A stretch of 64,000 bases of DNA, taken from the NCBI GenBank assembly GCA_963783305.1, contig CAWAMW010000007.1:64001-128000 (forward strand), read 5' to 3'. The stretch is from an uncultured Gemmatimonadales bacterium. Its GTDB lineage: Bacteria; Gemmatimonadota; Gemmatimonadetes; Longimicrobiales; RSA9. A program made the position numbers and the translations under genes. Position 1 is the stretch's first letter; each line of letters begins with the position of its first letter. Shown one piece after another: positions 38,955 through 47,836 of the stretch. The notes under the pieces were generated by a model. It searched no databases. It worked only from the letters and a program-made list of their open reading frames with translations, and was not told where the DNA came from.

Positions 38955-39722
38955 TCAGCCGAACAGCATGAGGACTCCCAGCCCCAGCCCGATCAGCGCG
39001 ACCACCCAGCGGAGCCGGTCGGCATTGACCTTCTGGATCATGTGCCCGGCGACCCAGCCGCCGGAAATGGCGCCGGCGGCCATGAGGAGCGAACTCTCCC
39101 AGCGGGCGGCGCCGATGGCGATAAAGTATACGACGGCAGGCAGCTTGATCATGACGGCCATGAAGTTCTTGATGCCGTTGGCGTGCTGGAGGTCATCCAG
39201 GCCGAGGAGCCCGAGCGTAGCGAGGAGGATCAGTCCCATCCCGGCGCCGAAGTAGCCGCCGTACATGGCGAGCGCGAACATCGCCGCCAATCCGACCGGG
39301 AAGGCGCCGAGGGAGTGGGGCAGGCTAGCGGCCCCGATGGACCGCCGCACCAGGGGCTCTACCGCCACAGAAAGGGCGGCAGCCATGACGAGGAAGGGTG
39401 CCAGCGCCGCGAAATAGCTCGGCGGAAGCTCGATCAGGAGCCACGCGCCGAGCAGCCCTCCGGCCAGCGCGGGGGCGGCGAGCCACAGGGTGCGGGGCCG
39501 GATGCGGAGAATGCGTTTCCGATAGCTCCACGCCGCTGCGACGCTGCCCGGCCACAGGCCGACGGAATTGGTGGCATTCGCCGCCACCGGCGGGATGCCT
39601 ACGAAGACGAGCACCGGAAAGGAGATGGCGCTCCCACCTCCCGCTACGGCGTTGGCCGCGCCCGCCGCCAGTCCGGCGGCGAACACGGCCATCAGGTCCC
39701 ACATGTTCTCTGTGCCTGGCAT
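38955..39722 (-). CDS. TSUP (TauE/SafE) family permease
   Basis: NAVAGGGS, ANATN, YGGYFGAGMG; start may be 39704. Confidence 0.88.
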   Translation of the reverse strand: MPGTENMWDLMAVFAAGLAAGAANAVAGGGSAISFPVLVFVGIPPVAANATNSVGLWPGSVAAAWSYRKRILRIRPRTLWLAAPALAGGLLGAWLLIELPPSYFAALAPFLVMAAALSVAVEPLVRRSIGAASLPHSLGAFPVGLAAMFALAMYGGYFGAGMGLILLATLGLLGLDDLQHANGIKNFMAVMIKLPAVVYFIAIGAARWESSLLMAAGAISGGWVAGHMIQKVNADRLRWVVALIGLGLGVLMLFG

Positions 39723-39734
39723 CCCGCCAGGGTA

Positions 39735-40406
39735 CTACCGCCGCGGGACCAGCGCCACGTCCACCCTGCGGTCTCCGTTCAGGTCCGTCAGCTCGGCCAC
39801 GGGCAGAGACCCCGACCGGATCTGCAGCACTCGACCGCCGTTCTTCAGCTCCAGCCACCGCCCCTCCAGCGGCTGGCGCCCCCCGACGCGCGCCCGCTCG
39901 GCCTCGATCCGGCCGTACACCACGTCGCCCAGCACATCCATCAGGCCGCCGCGGTCGACCGCACCCCTGCGCCTGTCGCCGCCCCGCGGTGAGCCCAGGA
40001 TGATGTCGCCCCAGCTGCCTCGGTCCTCCCAGCGGCCCCCGATCCCGGTCCCGAGGCCGAACCCCTTGTCACGGCACCACTGTCGGCCGTGCACAGGGTG
40101 ACCCTCTCCGTTTCGGCAGAAGGGCGGACCCTTGCCAGCCTTGCTCCCCTTCTTCCCGCGCTCGCGCGCATTCTCACGCTCCCGCTCCCTTCGATCGTCC
40201 CGGTCGCTCCGGGCCCGGTCGTCGTCACGCCCCAGGATGATGTCTCCGATCGTCCGGTCGCCCCCGTTCCGGTCTCGGGCATCCGCCTTCAGCTCCTGGA
40301 GCGCCCAATTCCACCAGCCGTCGGTCGACTGCGCCTCCGCCTGCGCGGGTGCGCCGACCGCCAGCGCGGTGATGAGCGCCAGAATCACGTATCTCGATCG
40401 TGCCAT
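39735..40406 (-). CDS. Secreted hypothetical protein with Cys/His motif
   Basis: AAGGAGG RBS; signal peptide ending AEA; GPPFCRNGEGHPVHGRQWC; DLNGD. Confidence 0.75.
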   Translation of the reverse strand: MARSRYVILALITALAVGAPAQAEAQSTDGWWNWALQELKADARDRNGGDRTIGDIILGRDDDRARSDRDDRRERERENARERGKKGSKAGKGPPFCRNGEGHPVHGRQWCRDKGFGLGTGIGGRWEDRGSWGDIILGSPRGGDRRRGAVDRGGLMDVLGDVVYGRIEAERARVGGRQPLEGRWLELKNGGRVLQIRSGSLPVAELTDLNGDRRVDVALVPRR

Positions 40407-40618
40407 TCCTGCCTCCTTGCCTTGATGCCGGCATCTCCATGACCCGGTCATAGCAGGGGCAGGAGCCGTTCCGCGGACGTGCCTTGCGGCCATACACGTT
40501 GCGGCACAACGCGTCCAAGCGGTATAACGGGGGCGAGGGACCCATCCGAAGGTTCCGCGAATGTCCCCCATAGTGGACATTTTCGGCCCGGCCGGAGAGG
40601 ACACCGGGAAGGAGCGGC

Positions 40619-41341
40619 ATGTACGAGGCGGTGGTTGCAGTGGTGGCGGTGCTGGCGGGAGCCGTGGCTTCCGTCGCCGGGTTCGGCATCGGGTCGCTGC
40701 TGACGCCGGTGCTCTCCATTGAGCTGGGGACAAAGCTGGCCGTCGCGCTCATCTCCATCCCCCATTTCATCGGAACAGGGCTCCGGCTTTGGCGTCTGCG
40801 GGCGCACGTGAACCGCCGCGTGGTGCTGGGGTTCGGGATCGCGAGCGCCGCGGGCGGTGTGGTCGGTGCGCTCTTCCACGCGCAGGCGGGTAGTCCTCTG
40901 CTTGCGGGCGTGTTCGGGGTTCTGCTCGTCCTGGCGAGCACCACGGAATTGACGGGGCTCGCTCGGCGCGTGGAGCTCGCGGGCGTGGCGGCGTGGCTCG
41001 CCGGTGGTCTGTCCGGCCTGTTCGGCGGGATGGTGGGGAACCAGGGCGGGATCCGGTCGGCGGCGCTGCTGGGATTCCACCTCTCGCGGCATGCGTTTGT
41101 GGCCACCGCTACGGCCATCGCGCTCGCCGTGGATGTCGCCCGCATGCCGGTATACTTCGCCGTGGAGGGCGGGAACATCCTCCGGGAATGGCCGTTACTG
41201 GGGATTGCCGTGGCCGGAGTGGTCGTGGGCACCCTCGCGGGAGAGCGGATCCTGGGTCGGGTCCCGGAACGGATTTTCCGGACCCTGGTGGCGCTGCTGA
41301 TCCTGGCACTGGGTGTCTACATGCTGACCCGCGGATTCTGA
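40619..41341 (+). CDS. TSUP (TauE/SafE) family permease
   Basis: GFGIGSLLTP, GGMVGNQGGIRS, hydrophobic throughout; AAGGAG RBS. Confidence 0.85.
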   Translation: MYEAVVAVVAVLAGAVASVAGFGIGSLLTPVLSIELGTKLAVALISIPHFIGTGLRLWRLRAHVNRRVVLGFGIASAAGGVVGALFHAQAGSPLLAGVFGVLLVLASTTELTGLARRVELAGVAAWLAGGLSGLFGGMVGNQGGIRSAALLGFHLSRHAFVATATAIALAVDVARMPVYFAVEGGNILREWPLLGIAVAGVVVGTLAGERILGRVPERIFRTLVALLILALGVYMLTRGF

Positions 41342-42033
41342 TGCTCCCTCCCATCCCCCCCGGCTGGCCCCGACTGCAGGAAGAACGGGAGCGAGCGTAC
41401 TTCCGGGAGCTGGAGGCTTTCCTCGACGCGGAATACCGGGAGCGTACGGTCTACCCTCCGCGACCGGACGTCTTCCGCGCGCTCGAATGGACGTCGTTAC
41501 GGAGCGTGCGCGTCGTGCTGCTCGGACAGGACCCCTACCACGGCCCCGGCCAGGCCCACGGCCTCTCCTTCTCGGCTCCGCCGGGGATCGCGCCGCCTCC
41601 ATCGCTCCGCAACATGTTCCGAGAGCTCCACGACGACGTGGGCATCATGCCCCCGGACCACGGCACGCTCACCCCGTGGGCGCGACGTGGTGTGCTCCTG
41701 CTGAACGCGGTGCTCACCGTCAGGGAAGGCGAGGCGGGCTCGCACGCGGGCGCGGGCTGGGAGACCTTCACCGACGCGGTCCTCCAGCGTGTCGTCGCAA
41801 AGCAGAACCGGGTCGTCTTTCTCCTGCTCGGGAACCAGGCGCGGAGGAAGGCGAGCTCCGTGGACCTCTCCGGCCATGCGGTCGTGGAGGCGTCGCACCC
41901 ATCACCGCTCTCGGCGCACCGAGGGTTCTTCGGCAGCCGGGTCTTCTCACGGACCAATGCGCTGCTGGAGGAGGCGGGCCGGAAGCCGGTGGACTGGTCC
42001 CTTCCGTCCTACCCGTCTGTCCCGATTCCATAG
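41341..42033 (+). CDS. ung: Uracil-DNA glycosylase, family 1
   Basis: GQDPYHG, PPSLRN, GVLLLN, HPSPLS. Confidence 0.96.
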   Translation: MLPPIPPGWPRLQEERERAYFRELEAFLDAEYRERTVYPPRPDVFRALEWTSLRSVRVVLLGQDPYHGPGQAHGLSFSAPPGIAPPPSLRNMFRELHDDVGIMPPDHGTLTPWARRGVLLLNAVLTVREGEAGSHAGAGWETFTDAVLQRVVAKQNRVVFLLLGNQARRKASSVDLSGHAVVEASHPSPLSAHRGFFGSRVFSRTNALLEEAGRKPVDWSLPSYPSVPIP

Positions 42034-42210
42034 GAGCTCCCGCTCACGGCGCCCGCGTCGTTCCAGCCCTCACTCCACGAGGGCGGGAAGTCCTCGGAAC
42101 GCCCGCGCGGCGGAGCAACGCCCGGGATGCAGCGAGCCCGCCGAGTCCCGGCACCGCCACGAGGGGGTGATGGGAGCCCGCCGGGCCCACTCCATCGGTC
42201 CGGCGTCCGA

Positions 42211-42423
42211 TTACATTCCGCCGTCCATGGTGTCCATGTCCATCGTGTCCACCAGCATGGTGTCCATCATCATGGTGTCCATGGTCATGGTATCGGCGGG
42301 CATGGGAGCCGGGGCCGGCTCCTGCAGCTCGACGTCCGTGTCCATCTCGTCGAAGTCATCCTCACCATCATCGGCGCAGGCGGCGAGGCCGAGTATCAGA
42401 CCGAGCGTCAGCAGCTTTTTCAT
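42211..42423 (-). CDS. 70-aa lipoprotein with Asp/Thr/Met-rich repeats
   Basis: MKK plus lipobox LAAC; DTMxx pentapeptide repeats; GAGG RBS. Confidence 0.8.
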   Translation of the reverse strand: MKKLLTLGLILGLAACADDGEDDFDEMDTDVELQEPAPAPMPADTMTMDTMMMDTMLVDTMDMDTMDGGM

Positions 42424-42566
42424 GGTTTCCTCTTTCCCGGGTTGAAAAGGCGCCGCTGGCCCGTGCCGGACCGGTGGCGGGTCGAGAGTCGACTGGGTGC
42501 CGCAAGAAGTAGGCCCGAGCCGGAGATCGGGGGGGCGTCCCCGTGCCCTGCATGAGGGGGAGCGCG

Positions 42567-43595
42567 TCAGCGTGGCTCACTGGCCGGTCCGCTGGCGGGC
42601 CCCTCCGTTCGGTCTCCGGGCATGGTGCCCGGCTTGCCTTCGGCGGCGTTGTAGTAGTAGCGCATGGTGGGGTAGGCGAGATCGATGTCGTCGTGCTCGG
42701 CGAAACGGGTGAGCACGTCCTCCCAGATGGCCTGCGCGGTTCCACGCCGCCGGCGCGGGTGCGTGAGGTAGCGCATGGTCAGCATGACGCCGCTGTCCTT
42801 GACGGCGGTGTACACGGTGGGGGTGAGGGTGCTGTAGAAGATCATGAACTGGCGGCTGGCCTTGTGCATCTGCTGCTCCGCCTCCTCGACCACCTCGCGG
42901 GCGTGGGTTTCCACCACCTCCGTCAGGATCTCCTTGGCCCGTTTCCAGTTGCTCTCGAACGTGACCAGCACCCCGATCTCGTTCCAGATGTACTGCATGC
43001 CGCGGGTGTAGTTGGCCAGCGGCTCGCGGAAGATGAGGCCGTTCGGAATGTGGATGAGTCGCCCGGTGCTCTGGTCGGCGTCCACCCAGTTCCCGATCTC
43101 GAGCAGAATGAACTGGAAGACCCGCTGGTCGATGACATCACCTGCGTTGTCACCCAGCTGAACCCGGTCGCCGACGACGAACGGTCGGCGCCAGATGATG
43201 AAGAGCCAGCCCCCCAGGTTGACGATGGGGTCGCGCAGGGCGATGGCGAGCCCGGCCGTGAGGAGGCCGAAGAAGGTGGCGAGCTCGCCTACGCCTTCCG
43301 ACCAGACCCGGCCCACGAGAATGACGCCCACCACCACCGAGATGTAGGTGATGGTCTTTCGCCACTTGTAGCGCGACCGCACATCGTCGACCCGCGCCCT
43401 CAGGACCCGCAGCGCGAGTCCGCGCAGGACGATCACCGCTACAATGAGGACGACCGAAAGCAGGAAGTCGGTCTGCGTTTTCGGGCTGAGGCTGGTCCAC
43501 TGCTGGATCGCCGAGGTGACATCGGTGACCGCCGAGTCGGCGGCCTCCTGCGCCTGGCCCAGCGCGCTGGAATCCTGCGGCAGTGAGAAGAACAT
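42567..43595 (-). CDS. MscS family mechanosensitive channel
   Basis: GLAIALRDPIVN..GW, RPFVVGDRV, GDVID, IPN; alternative start GTG 43604. Confidence 0.9.
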   Translation of the reverse strand: MFFSLPQDSSALGQAQEAADSAVTDVTSAIQQWTSLSPKTQTDFLLSVVLIVAVIVLRGLALRVLRARVDDVRSRYKWRKTITYISVVVGVILVGRVWSEGVGELATFFGLLTAGLAIALRDPIVNLGGWLFIIWRRPFVVGDRVQLGDNAGDVIDQRVFQFILLEIGNWVDADQSTGRLIHIPNGLIFREPLANYTRGMQYIWNEIGVLVTFESNWKRAKEILTEVVETHAREVVEEAEQQMHKASRQFMIFYSTLTPTVYTAVKDSGVMLTMRYLTHPRRRRGTAQAIWEDVLTRFAEHDDIDLAYPTMRYYYNAAEGKPGTMPGDRTEGPASGPASEPR

Positions 43596-43600
43596 GGAGC

Positions 43601-44860
43601 TCACTGTCCCGCCGGGGCGGGGGCCCGGAGCAGGCTCTGCACCGCCTCGAGGCGTCCGTCGATGCCGGCGGCCGGCCGGACCCCGAGCAGCTCCGCCACC
43701 AGCGGGTGTACGTGGACGTTCTCGAAGGCGGGTACCGTGACGTTCGCCCGGAGTCGCGGCCCGCGGGCGAGAAAGATGCCGTGCATGGGCCGCCACGCCG
43801 GGTCCCAGCCGTGGGTCCCTCCGCCGCTCCATGCGCGCCCGTCGCGCCGTCGCAGAACCCAGCCCGGGTCGGCCACGACGACCAGGTCCCCGATCCTCGG
43901 CGACCCGCCGTATTGAAACCGGTCCGGCAGCTCGTGCGGCCTGTAGGCGGTGGTGTGCGCGAGGCCTCCGTTCACGGCCGCCTGGATCTCCATGGCGCGG
44001 GCCGTATCCCCTTCGAGGTAGAGGAAGGCCTGCGTCGTGTTGTTGACGAAGTGGACGTCCTCCAGATCGATGGCGTCATCGAGGTAGACCACGTGGTCGG
44101 TGGGCACCGCCGCCATACCGTGGTCGGAGACCAGAACGAGGTTCACCCGGGGCCCGATGGGAAGGTCGTCGACGCCCTCGACCAGCCGCCCCAGGATCGT
44201 GTCGAGCCGCGCCACCATGGAGTCTACCGCCACGCCGTCGGGTCCGCGCCCGTGGGCGATATGGTCGGGCTCATCGAAATAGAGCATGACGAGCCGGGGT
44301 CGCTCCGGGAGGGGGAGGGAGAGCCAGTGCAGGACCGTGTCCACGCGCGCCTCGTACGGGACCGACCCATCGTACGTCTTGTAGTAGGTGGGTCGGACGC
44401 CGTCGATCTCGGCCTCCGAGCCCACCCAGAAGTAGCTGGCGGTCCTCAGTCCCTGTCGTTCCGCGGTGACCCAGATGGGCTCCCCGCCGTACCACCGCCC
44501 GTCCCGCACCACCGTGGTGTCGCCCAGCCTGTAGGTGGCGTTCAGGGCCGGGTCGTAGAAGGCGTTGTCCACGATCCCGTGGTGCGCCGGGTAGAGCCCC
44601 GTGGCGAGCGAGTAGTGGTTCGGGAAGGTCTTGCTGGGATACCCGGGAATCAGGCCCTCCGCGCGCACGCCCCCACCCGCGATCCGGTCGAAGTACGGGG
44701 TCTCGGCGCGCTCCACCATGTCGTGACGCATGCCATCGAACGAGACCATGACCACGTATCGACCGGTGTCCTCCGGCTCGGAGGCGCGGCCAGGACCCTC
44801 CGTGCTAACGGGAGCGCAGGCCAGGACGAGGGCGATCAGGACGAAGGAAATGCGTGGCAC
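43601..44860 (-). CDS. Nucleotide pyrophosphatase/phosphodiesterase (ENPP family), probable lipoprotein
   Basis: SFDGMR, PSKTFPNHYSLATG, EPDHIAH, SDHGM, HGWD. Confidence 0.92.
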   Translation of the reverse strand: MPRISFVLIALVLACAPVSTEGPGRASEPEDTGRYVVMVSFDGMRHDMVERAETPYFDRIAGGGVRAEGLIPGYPSKTFPNHYSLATGLYPAHHGIVDNAFYDPALNATYRLGDTTVVRDGRWYGGEPIWVTAERQGLRTASYFWVGSEAEIDGVRPTYYKTYDGSVPYEARVDTVLHWLSLPLPERPRLVMLYFDEPDHIAHGRGPDGVAVDSMVARLDTILGRLVEGVDDLPIGPRVNLVLVSDHGMAAVPTDHVVYLDDAIDLEDVHFVNNTTQAFLYLEGDTARAMEIQAAVNGGLAHTTAYRPHELPDRFQYGGSPRIGDLVVVADPGWVLRRRDGRAWSGGGTHGWDPAWRPMHGIFLARGPRLRANVTVPAFENVHVHPLVAELLGVRPAAGIDGRLEAVQSLLRAPAPAGQ

Positions 44861-45092
44861 GTACGGCCTTCCGGTATCTCAGGGAAACGCGCGGGCGCCC
44901 CCGTCCGCCGGAGGGGGCGCCGACCGCAGCATCTGGTGGCTACGCTACGGCTCGGCGAGCCGGCACGCAACGCGCCTGCGCGGCGGTCGTGACCCGGGAA
45001 CGGGGCTTGCACGGGTGGTCAGGGTCGCGATGGCCCCGGGCTCCCAGGGTTGTCCGTCTCAATTATCAATGATCCCCTTAACGGGAGGCCGC

Positions 45093-45347
45093 ATGAACGC
45101 GCCAACACGTCGACCGGGCCTCGATCAGTTCTGGGAGAAGGCCGACCGCGCCGACTCCGGACAGCATCCTCTCGAGCGCGAGCTGGATGAGCGGGTCGAT
45201 GCCCTCGCCCGATACCGCCGCCTCATCGCCGAGGCCCAGCAGAACGGCCGCGACGAGGCCGTCGAGATTCTCATGCGGCAGCACGACCGCGAGGCCGCCG
45301 CCGTCGCGCGTCTCCGCGAAGCCCTCGACAACGAAGCCGCTGACTGA
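45093..45347 (+). CDS. 84-aa hypothetical helical protein
   Basis: GGGAGG RBS; two amphipathic helices. Confidence 0.7.
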   Translation: MNAPTRRPGLDQFWEKADRADSGQHPLERELDERVDALARYRRLIAEAQQNGRDEAVEILMRQHDREAAAVARLREALDNEAAD

Positions 45348-45490
45348 CCGGGCGCACGGCCGCCATCCTCTCTCGACGCCGACCAGCGAGTCGAGTCGAC
45401 CCACCCGTTCCATCTCGACCCCACTCGTTCCAGGTGCACTCAGCAGGATGCTCGCGCGGGCGACTTCATCGCGGCCGCAGCCAACGGATA

Positions 45491-45522
45491 AAGGCCGGGC
45501 CGTCGAGTGACGGCCCGGCCTT
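45491..45522. terminator. Perfect 14-bp hairpin between convergent genes
   Basis: AAGGCCGGGCCGTC-GAGT-GACGGCCCGGCCTT. Confidence 0.75.
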
Positions 45523-45552
45523 GGTCCCGCTCCCTTCCAGCTGGCCCGATGT

Positions 45553-46887
45553 CTACTTCGCCTTGACCACTTCCCTGGCCACCTGGGCGGCGATGGCATC
45601 CTTGCTGTCCGCGCGGCCGTCCGCGCCAGCCCGCGTGGCGAGGGCGCGGAAGAGGTCCTCCATATCGATGCCGTAGGTGCCGGCCAGGTTCTCCAGCATG
45701 CCCACGGCGCCCTTGACGCGCTGGTTCGCGGCGTTGGCGAGGCCGTGGCCGTCCCCGCCGTCCATGACCACCATGCGTTCCACGGCGATGCCGGCCACGG
45801 CGTCCGCGGTGACGCGCAGGAGCTCGGGGAGCTTCTGGGCCATGAAGACGCGGAACCCTTCGTCGCCGCCGCGGCTGATCTCCGCGAACAGCGCCTCGAG
45901 GGCGGCCGCCTGTGCGCGGCCCTGCTCGATGGTGGGCGCGGCCGCGCCCTTGGCGGCTTCCTCCGCGGCGTGCCGCGCGGCCTCGGCCGGTGCGATCACG
46001 TCGGCCTGGAGCCGGGCCCGCTCCGTCTCGGCGCGCCGGTCCTCGAGCGCTCTCCTGGCCTCGACCTCCGCCTGCTCCGCCGCCACCCGGGCCAGCCGCT
46101 CGGAGGTCTCGCCCTCGCGGTCCAGCTCGGCCTTGCGGACGCGCAGGCGGTTGCCGGCCTCCGCGATGGTGATCTCCGCCTCGGCCTCCGCCACCTCGGC
46201 CTCCCGCTTGTACTCCGCCTGGCGACGGCGCGTCTCGGCCGTGTTCTCCGCCTCGGCCACCTCCGCCTCCTTCTTCACCACCGCGTTCTTCTTCCGGCCG
46301 ATGCTCTCCAGATAGCCGACCTCGTCGGTGACGTTCTGGATCTTCAGGACGTCCAGCTTGAACCCCAGCTTCTTCAGGTCCTCGCCCGCCTCCTCCATGA
46401 GGCTCTCGGCGAACATGAGCCGGTCCTCGTTCACCTGCTCGGGCGTCATCGTGGCCAGCACACCCCGCAGGTTGCCCATGAGCGTCTCGTGGGCCAGCGC
46501 CGCGATCTCTTCGTGCGTCTTCCCCAGCAGGCGCTCCACCGCGTTGTTGAAGTCGGTCTCCGGCTCCGACGCGATCTTGACGTTGGCGATGGCCTGGACG
46601 TTCAGCGGGATGTTGCCCTTGGAGTACGCGTTGGAGACCGTGATCTCCAGCGGGATCGTCTCCAGCGACAGGTGGTCCACCTTCTCCACGATGGGGATCC
46701 GCAGCGTCCGCCCGCCGATGACGTTCCGGTAGCCCACGGCCTGCCCGCTCGACAACGCCCGTTTGCGGCCCGTGATCACCGCCGCCCGGTTCGGCGGAAC
46801 GATGATGATGAGCCGCGCGATGGTGGCGACGATGATCACCATCGCCACGAGTGTGATCAGACCGATGGTCGCGCCGGTTTCTATCAT
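45553..46887 (-). CDS. Flotillin / SPFH domain protein
   Basis: N-terminal TM, ANVKIAS, AVERLLG, LMGNLRGVLATMTPEQVNEDR, AEA-rich coiled coil. Confidence 0.9.
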   Translation of the reverse strand: MIETGATIGLITLVAMVIIVATIARLIIIVPPNRAAVITGRKRALSSGQAVGYRNVIGGRTLRIPIVEKVDHLSLETIPLEITVSNAYSKGNIPLNVQAIANVKIASEPETDFNNAVERLLGKTHEEIAALAHETLMGNLRGVLATMTPEQVNEDRLMFAESLMEEAGEDLKKLGFKLDVLKIQNVTDEVGYLESIGRKKNAVVKKEAEVAEAENTAETRRRQAEYKREAEVAEAEAEITIAEAGNRLRVRKAELDREGETSERLARVAAEQAEVEARRALEDRRAETERARLQADVIAPAEAARHAAEEAAKGAAAPTIEQGRAQAAALEALFAEISRGGDEGFRVFMAQKLPELLRVTADAVAGIAVERMVVMDGGDGHGLANAANQRVKGAVGMLENLAGTYGIDMEDLFRALATRAGADGRADSKDAIAAQVAREVVKAK

Positions 46888-46900
46888 GATTCCCCCTGCA

Positions 46901-47533
46901 TCAGTGGTCGGCCGGCGGGCTGTCCGCCGGTGTCAGTGCTTCCAGCGGCGAGACCCGCGCGGTCCCACCGTCCATCTCGATCACCAGCACGCTGCGCCAC
47001 TCCTCTGGCGACGGCGCGCTCCCGTCGAACGGCAGTGCCCTGAGCTCGTGCTCCCGGTCCTGCCGCCGGACCACGATCTGCCCGACCTTGCCGGGGCGCA
47101 GCGGCAGCACCACCCGTCCCTCGCAGCCCACGAAGCTGCTCTCTTCCGCCATGAACCCCGCGTCCGTCGCCTTCAGCCAGCCGAACGCCGCCATGGCCAA
47201 GGCCGCCGCCAGCGCGCCCGAACCCGTGGCCGCCGCCGTTACCAGCAGCAGCGGTAGCTCCGGACTCGTAGCCGTCAGGATCCAGCCCACCGCGCCGAAG
47301 CCGAACAGGAAGTAGGTCAGGTTCCGGATCGTAAAGACCTTGAACGCGCCCGCCACGTCCGTGTCGACGTCCGGGTCGGCGTCCACAGCCAGGTCGGTGT
47401 CCAGGTCCAGATCCAGGTCGGTGTCGAGGTCGACGTCCATATCCGCGTCGCCCGCGCCGAACAGGTCGCCCAGCAGCGACAGCGCCAGCAGGCCGCCGCC
47501 CACGATCAGCGAGAAGAGGAAAATCGATGTCAT
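46901..47533 (-). CDS. NfeD-like (YuaF-type) flotillin partner
   Basis: TM segments, acidic Dx repeat, FGFGAVG, C-terminal OB-fold pattern; GGAGGT RBS. Confidence 0.8.
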   Translation of the reverse strand: MTSIFLFSLIVGGGLLALSLLGDLFGAGDADMDVDLDTDLDLDLDTDLAVDADPDVDTDVAGAFKVFTIRNLTYFLFGFGAVGWILTATSPELPLLLVTAAATGSGALAAALAMAAFGWLKATDAGFMAEESSFVGCEGRVVLPLRPGKVGQIVVRRQDREHELRALPFDGSAPSPEEWRSVLVIEMDGGTARVSPLEALTPADSPPADH

Positions 47534-47836
47534 CGGTACCTCCGGTGGTCGTGACTCATGGAGGATACGCGGCCGCCAGGTGGGGGCTTCAAGGGTGCCG
47601 CTGACCAAACCTACATGGGAAACCGGCGTTCTGGCCAGTGCGATTCGTGGCGACGGGGGGTGGGAGTGGACGTTGGAGTCCCTCCGCGCAGCCACGTCGT
47701 CGAATCCGAGTAGGTGGTTGTCCCAACGGACCATTGGGGGACCTCGTACCCGGCCGTAGCTTGAGGTTACCTCCACCGGGCGGCCCGCTCCGGACGAACC
47801 GGGCCGGAACCGTTTTCACCCAAATCGTATTCCCAC

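Noticed and set aside
42036..42177. Possible multi-stem structure between ung and the small lipoprotein
   Set aside because: Mostly 6-bp GC-rich stems, compatible with chance at this GC content
47600..47720. Possible structured leader between nfeD and the RND operon
   Set aside because: Short interrupted stems only; no recognisable riboswitch consensus
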